A stretch of 64,000 nt of DNA from an uncultured delta proteobacterium (GTDB lineage Bacteria; Desulfobacterota; Syntrophia; Syntrophales; UBA2192). Each line of letters opens with the position of its first letter. Position 1 is the stretch's first letter. Of the stretch, positions 58,156 through 64,000 are shown one piece after another. The DNA is taken from assembly GCA_963705165.1 (NCBI GenBank), contig CAVPJD010000008.1:132388-196387 (forward strand), given 5' to 3'. The notes under the pieces are model-generated. The model searched no databases and had not been told where the DNA came from. It saw only the letters and a program-made list of their open reading frames with translations. Made by a program: the position numbers and the translations under genes.

Positions 58156-58855
58156 TCAGCGCCCCGGCAGGTTGAGCCGCCGCCGCGCGCCCTCGACCGC
58201 CTTGAGAATCTCTTCCCCCATGTCCCTGTCTCCCGCAGCCCGCCGCTCGGCCGAGCGAAGCAGGGCTTCGACGCTCTCCCGGCCGTCGGCGCTCTTCACC
58301 GCCTGCCGGGGGGTCTTCCCTCCCAGGGCGGGAATCTTCTCGTCCACCCAGCCTTCCCAATGGAATGCAACCATCCGGGCCAGATGCTCCCGCACCTCCG
58401 GGTGCTGCATGAGCTTCTCGTCTTTCCTTGGGGGAGCCGGCCGGGACGCCCGATCCCGTGCCTCCTTCATCATGACCTCCCCCGACTGGATCACCGCCGT
58501 CTTGAACCGCGCGCCGGCGCCGAGGCGGCTCTCGATCTCCCTGCGGATCCGCTCTGCCCTCGCTGCGGAGTTGACCGTGACCCGGATGGTCTTCCCCTCG
58601 ATGTTCAGGAACCCGAGGACGGTGGTGTCCAGCCCCGACTTGTCGCGCCCTTTCCGTGTCCAGGGGATCTCGACGTGCGTAACGGCCCCCTGCGCGTCCC
58701 GCTCCGCCAGGGCTCGCAGTTCGGCCTCGCTCTCCGTTACGCAAAGCCCCGCCAGCCCGGCGAAGGCCCTCTCCGCCGAGTCGGTCTCGTAGTGCAGGGT
58801 CTGCATGTCGAAAGGCTCGCCGTCGGTGTTGCACAGTGTCGGCAGGCGGAAAAGC
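58156..58855 (-). CDS. 5'-truncated protein ending in an Xre/MbcA/ParS-C-like domain (SEC-C-associated family)
   Basis: LPTLCNTDGEP..VNSAARAER..W.DEKIPALGGKTPRQAV; the N-terminus is replaced by unrelated sequence at ~58855. Confidence 0.7.
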
Positions 58856-59386
58856 GCGCAGCTCGGTTCGGCACCGCATGCCGGAATGGCGCAAGGCGGG
58901 TTCGCAACCGCAAGCTGGCTTGCGGGGCCGGGCGCACGGCTTCTTGCAGCAGAGGGGCTTGCACCGTACAACTTTCGGGCCGCAGGCGGGAGCCGCGCCG
59001 CAGGTCGGTTCGCAGCCGCAGGCGGGAGCCGCACCACAGGTCGGTTCGCTGCCGCAGGACGGCTTGCAGGACCGCGAGAACAGCGGCTTGCAGGTCCGCT
59101 TCGGCTTGCAGCACAGCGGCTTGCAGCAACGCGGTTCGGCGCCGCAGGCGGGCGGGCAGCAGGCGGGCGCCGCGCCGCAGGTGGGCTCACAGCCGCACGC
59201 CGGAGCGGCGGGCGTGTGCACCGTCACCGTTGCGCCGGCTTGGGCTTGTGCGCCAGCCTGGGCATCCGGCTTCACCAATTGCATCTTGACTTCCGGTTTT
59301 GCTTCCTCGGCCGCGGTGACAAAGCGGGCACCGGCCAGCGTCAGCAAAGACAATGTCAGCCCTAAGGTCACGACTCGTGTCAGCAT
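58856..59386 (-). CDS. 3'-truncated secreted Cys-rich repeat protein (PACGCEPTCG repeats)
   Basis: GGAGGAG RBS, signal peptide, repeats of PACG(C/A/S)EP(T/S)C; one frameshift near 58895; ends abruptly at the junction. Confidence 0.7.
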
Positions 59387-59893
59387 CGTCGAACTCCTCC
59401 AAGCGAAAGGTCAGAAACCGTGTACTGGCCGCCCCGGCGGCGAACCAGTGGCACGGGTGGCGCGTTCACGTTGGAAGTCTCTTCGGCTGGACGTCCCCGC
59501 CCGCTTGCGTCGGCCCCGGTCGATACCACAAAACCGCGCGGTCCGAGTGCCGAAGAATCGCGACTTGCAGGACAAACGGATTGTCGCGATTAGACCGAAG
59601 ACGAGCATGTTAAGCTGGGAGGACCAGACACAGCGGCCTTTGGCCGTTGGTACGGATTGTGACGATTGCAGCAGCGGCTGGCCGCGGTGTGGAAACGGTG
59701 CGCCCAGCCGCCGCCGGGAGGCTGCTGAAGAAGTGGGTCCCGTCTGCCGGACGGGACCTGGAGTGGCTGGATCCCGTCCGGCAGAGGGGACCTATCGATC
59801 AACCCGCCGACAGGGGCCGGCGAACACGCGACATGCCACGTGCCGGAGACGGGAAACCGGCGGGTTTCGGAGAAACTCGCCTACGCTCGTCCG

Positions 59894-62800
59894 CTACCGG
59901 CTTTTCACGGCGCGGGCGAAGCCGACGTCGATGTACTGGCCGCCGCCGGTCTGCTTGCAGTGGACGGCGATCACGTTCTTGCCGGGCCGGAAGGCGGCGC
60001 GGCCGGCCGCGTTCAGCGGCAACAACTCGTACTCGGTTGTGTAGCCGCTGGCCGACGCGGCCAGGACGCCGTTGATGTAGATCTCGACGTCCTCGTCGTG
60101 ATGGCACTTCACCGACACGTCGTCCAGCTTCGTCTCCGGAAGCGTGAACTCGCGGCGGAGCCAGATGTTGGGCGTGTTCCATTCCGTACCGACGATCGCG
60201 CCGGGCGTGCCGTGCGTGCCGAAGCCGGACTTGCCTTCCTTCCACTTGCTGTCGTCGAAGTCCGGGCTTGAGCCAGCCGTCGGCCGGCTTCTGCGTCGTG
60301 TACCGCCAGACCGGCCGCTTCGTCCTCGGCCGTCGGCACGACCTCGATCAGCACCGGCGGCTTGGGCATGGGGGCGAAGCCCTGGCGCCTTGGTCTGGTC
60401 GCGGCCGGCGTACTTGGCCCACACGGCCTTGTCGTACAGCATCTGCGGGAACACGCCGCCGATCACCGGCCGGCCGGTGAAGCCGACCTTCTTGGCCGTC
60501 TTCGTCTGGTACCAGTCGGTCATCGGCGAGCGGTCCGGGGTCTCGTTGATGAACACGAAGATCGGGATCGATCAGGGCTTCGAAGTCCGCGCGGTTCTGC
60601 GTCAGCGTCGCGGTCCAGGTGATCCAGTCGAGCTTGGTGTAGGTCTGCGCGGTTGTCCAGCGGCAGGCCGTACTTGTTCTGGATCTTGCGGTAGTAGGCC
60701 ATCTCCTTGCGCGCGACCTCGGCCGGGAAGAGGTTCAGGCCCAGGATGCGGTCCCAGACCAGGTTGTACTTCTGGCTCCAGGTGCCGGGCTTGTCGAAGG
60801 CCAGGCGGAAGTGGTCGCCGTCGTCGGCCTCCTTGACCCAGCGCGCGGCGAACTCCTTGGCCAGCTTCGCGTACTCGGCGGCCTTCGCCTTGTCGCCGCG
60901 CATCTCGCACAGCTTGGCGAACGCGCCCAGGCCGCAGATCGCCTTGACGCTCAGGTTCACGTTGTGGGCCAGGTGCCCGGCGAAGTCGTCGGTGCAGAGC
61001 TGGTTCTCCGGGTCGAAGCCCTTGGCCTTGAGGTACTCGGCCCACTTCTCGAGCTGCGGCCAGTACAGGCCGGCGAAGTCGGCGTTGCCTTCCATCTGCG
61101 CGACCGCGGCCATCAGGAGCAGCAGGTTGCCGCTCTCCTCGACCGGCATCTGGTTCTCCTCCGTGCGCTCGCCGCCGCCGTAGCGCTGGCCGTTGGCGTG
61201 CGGGTACGGTGCCCAGGTCGTGCGGGGCGAAGGGGAACTTCCAGCGGTCGCGACGCCGCGTAGTTCATGAACGGCACCAGGAACGACTTGGCCAGCGACG
61301 GGCCGAACAGCAGGAACTGCGGGGCCATCGGGTAGAACACGTCGGACGTGGCGATGCAGCCGTTGGAGTGGTTCTCCTTGCAGAACGAGAGCGGCTGGCC
61401 GTTCTCGTCGGCCACGAACTTGCCCGCGGCGAAGCACTGGCGATAGGCCAGCGCGCACAGCTTCGCGTACTTCTCGCCGCCGGCCTTGGTCAGGTCGGCC
61501 ATGAGTTCCTCGTCGAAGGCGGCGCAGCGTTCGGTTCAGCGCCTCGTGGTCGCGGGCCGCTGCCTGCAGCAGGTCGGCCGCTTCCCAGCCGTTCCGCCGC
61601 CAGTACGGCCGCAGGTTCTGCCGCATGTACTGGATCGAGTACAGGTCGTCGTAGGCCAGCATCAGCCAGCGCGAGACCGGCTGGTCGCCGACTTTTGCCG
61701 CGTCGAGTACCAGCGCGGCCACCGGCGCCTCGCCCGCGGCGACCGGCATGGCCATCTTGGCCATCGGGAACTCGCCGCCGCTGGCAAAGGCGTCGCGGGC
61801 CAGGCCTTCCGGCAGATAGGCGGCGCCAGGTCCCGGCCTGCTTCGGCGCGGCGACGTACAGGTAGCCCCAGTCGATGCGGAGATCGTCGCCCCGCTTGGC
61901 CAGGATGGGTTGGTCCTGCGAGCCGATCTTCAGGACTTCAAGTCGCCGCCGCCTGTCCTGCGAGCAACACCACCTGCTGACGCGGTTCATTGACGGCGAT
62001 TTCGGCGGCCGCGTCGAAGTAGAACGCCACCTCGTGCGTCTTGCCGTCGGTGGCTTTGGCGTCGCAGGTGAGGTAGGTCACCGGCCGCGAGAGGATGTCG
62101 ATGTCGTCCGGCAAGGCGGCGGTCGTGAACGTCAGGGTCAACGCCACGCCGGCGCCCTCGAAGCGTGTAGATCGTCCGCGTGGGCAGCACCGTCAGGCTC
62201 GGTCTGCTGCAGCGCCGGCACTCGGCTGGGGCTGGCGCCCATCACGCGGTACGCCTTGCCATCGATCCGCACCAGGCTGGTCAGCCGATGCGGCTTGCCC
62301 GTCCAGTGCGTGGTGTCCTCGTCGGCCAGGTTGTCGGCCGGCGACCAGATGCTGAAGTACGGGTCGCAGGCGACCAGCGGCGTCGCGGGCGGCACGAGTT
62401 TGTTGCCCTCCGCCCGCCGCGGCTCGATCGGTACGTACACGGTCTTGTTCACTTCCGTCATCCGGGCCTCGTCCGCTTTGACCAGCGCCCGGTCGTAGGT
62501 CATCAGGCCGTTGACCTCGATCTCGACGTCCGTGGTCTGCGTGTACACGGCGGCACACAGCCCGGAATCGCCGGTCAGTTGCCGCAGTTTCTTGATGAGG
62601 GCCACGTAGGCGTCGGTGAGGGCCTCGGCGGTGGTGAAGCTGCGGTAGCCCCAGTTCTTCTCGTCCTGCCAGGTGTGTCCCTGGACGGGCAGGCCCAGGC
62701 CGCCGAACTCGCCGAGCACGACGCGCGCTCGGTCTTCCAGCTTGGGAACCGCGGGGCCGGGGTAGCTGTGGATATCGTTCACGTCGCCGACGTTGCGGTC

Positions 62801-64000
62801 GGTCCAGCCGGAGGCGTTGTTGACCAGGCGCGTCGGGTCCCACTTCTTGATCAGGTCGACGTAGCGGCCCGTCTCGTGCTGGCCCCAGCCTTCGTTGAAC
62901 GGCACCCACATGACGATGCGACGGGTGGTTGTAGAGACCGTCGACGAGGCGTTTCAGTTCGAGTCGTACTGCGTCGCTGGCCTCGTCGGACCGCCGCTGG
63001 TCGTCCTTGCCGCCGAAGTTGCCGCTGGGCATGTCCTGCCAGACCAGCAGGCCCAGCTTGTCGCACCAGTAGTACCAGCGGTCCGGCTCGACCTTGACGT
63101 GCTTGCGGGCCATGTTGAAGCCGAGCTTGCGGGTCATCTCGATGTCGTACCGCAGGGCCTCGTCGGTCGGCGCCGTGTACAGCCCGTCGGGCCAGAAGCC
63201 CTGGTCGAGCGGGCCGAACTGGAACAGCGGCTTGGTTGTTCAGCATCAGCCGCAGGATGCCCTTTTCGTCTTTGCCGAGGGCGATCTTGCGCAGGCCGAA
63301 GTAGCTGTCGATCTGGTCGGTGGGCTGGCCGTCTTCCAGCAGCGTAATCCGCAGGCCATAGAGAAATGGCGTATCGGGCGACCAGCGTTTGGCGTTGGGG
63401 ATCTTCAGGGTCAACGTCGGGGCGATTTGCGGCGGGTCGGATTTCAGCGATGTCGCGGCACGACTGGCTTCCGACTGCTGCACGACCTGCTGACCGTCGA
63501 GCACCTCGACCTTCACCGCCGGCTTGCCGCCCATGGTCGTGCGCCTGCAGGGCGACCGTGACCGATGAGTCATCGAGGTTCGGCGTGATGCGGAGTGCAT
63601 CGACAGTGGCTTTCGCGACCGGTTCCAGCCACACGGTCTGCCAGATGCCGGTCGTGGGCGTGTACCAGATGCCGTGCGGATTGCGGACCTGCTTGCCGCG
63701 TGCCTGGTGTCCGGCATCGACGGGGTCCCACGCCGAGACCACGATCTCCTGTTCGCCGGAGGGCTTCAGCGCGGCGGTGATATCGAACGAGAAGGCATCG
63801 TAGCCGCCGACGTGCCGGCCGAGTTCCTTGCCGTTGACCCAACGGTCGCGTCCCAGTCCACCGCGCCGAAGTGCAGCAGCACGTTCTTGCCGCTCCAATC
63901 GGCGGGCACGGTGAACGTGCGGCGATACCACAATTTGTTCTTTTCACCGACCGGCTTCATTACGCCGGACAGAGCCGACTCGACCGCGAACGGGACGAGG
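59894..64000 (-). CDS. 5'-partial GH2 glycoside hydrolase fused to a glutaminase-A-like (DUF4964/5127/4965/1793) region and a C-terminal carbohydrate-binding-like domain; many frameshifts
   Basis: [118 protein letters not shown]; pieces spread over all three minus frames. Confidence 0.85.

Noticed and set aside
58115..59386. ORFs 58115-59386 and 58156-59190 as real fusion proteins
   Set aside because: Both cross the ~58855 junction and a frameshift; each has one half in a non-protein-like frame.
59894..64000. Genuine pseudogene or programmed frameshifting
   Set aside because: Many indels alongside well-preserved motifs, confined to the post-junction segment, fit uncorrected low-coverage sequence better.
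1..64000. tRNA, rRNA or known riboswitch
   Set aside because: No cloverleaf/T-loop, rRNA or recognisable aptamer consensus found by eye; an Infernal scan is needed to exclude them.

Overview
Positions 1 to ~58,855 read as the chromosome of an anaerobic deltaproteobacterium (Syntrophales-like; inferred from gene content, not tested). The left half holds sigma-54 and two-component signalling genes, a stand-alone spd/mitochondrial-type EF-G, an orphan MotAB stator pair, phasin-like genes and envelope or lipid enzymes. At 33.7-39.2 kb is a five-gene cluster of exported FlgT/CsgG-like proteins and lipoproteins. At 45.6-46.7 kb is an isolated pair of contractile-injection-system (eCIS) tube genes behind a terminator-containing leader. 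From 47.3 to 58.9 kb lies a conflict or accessory island (DUF2779, PIN/Phd TA, HD, degenerate SMC-head ATPase, ARPP-1, HEPN/MNT, SWIM). Intergenic DNA is rich in repeat families: covarying GNA-triloop mini-hairpins, AGAYYTGACCCC boxes, a shared terminator hairpin and degenerate 7-9-nt tandem arrays. At ~58,855 the sequence switches mid-gene into different, frameshift-rich DNA encoding a Planctomycete-style Cys-rich protein and a GH2/glutaminase-A-like fusion, most likely an assembly chimera. I saw no rRNA, tRNA or CRISPR array. All family assignments come from motif recognition by eye, with no database searches.
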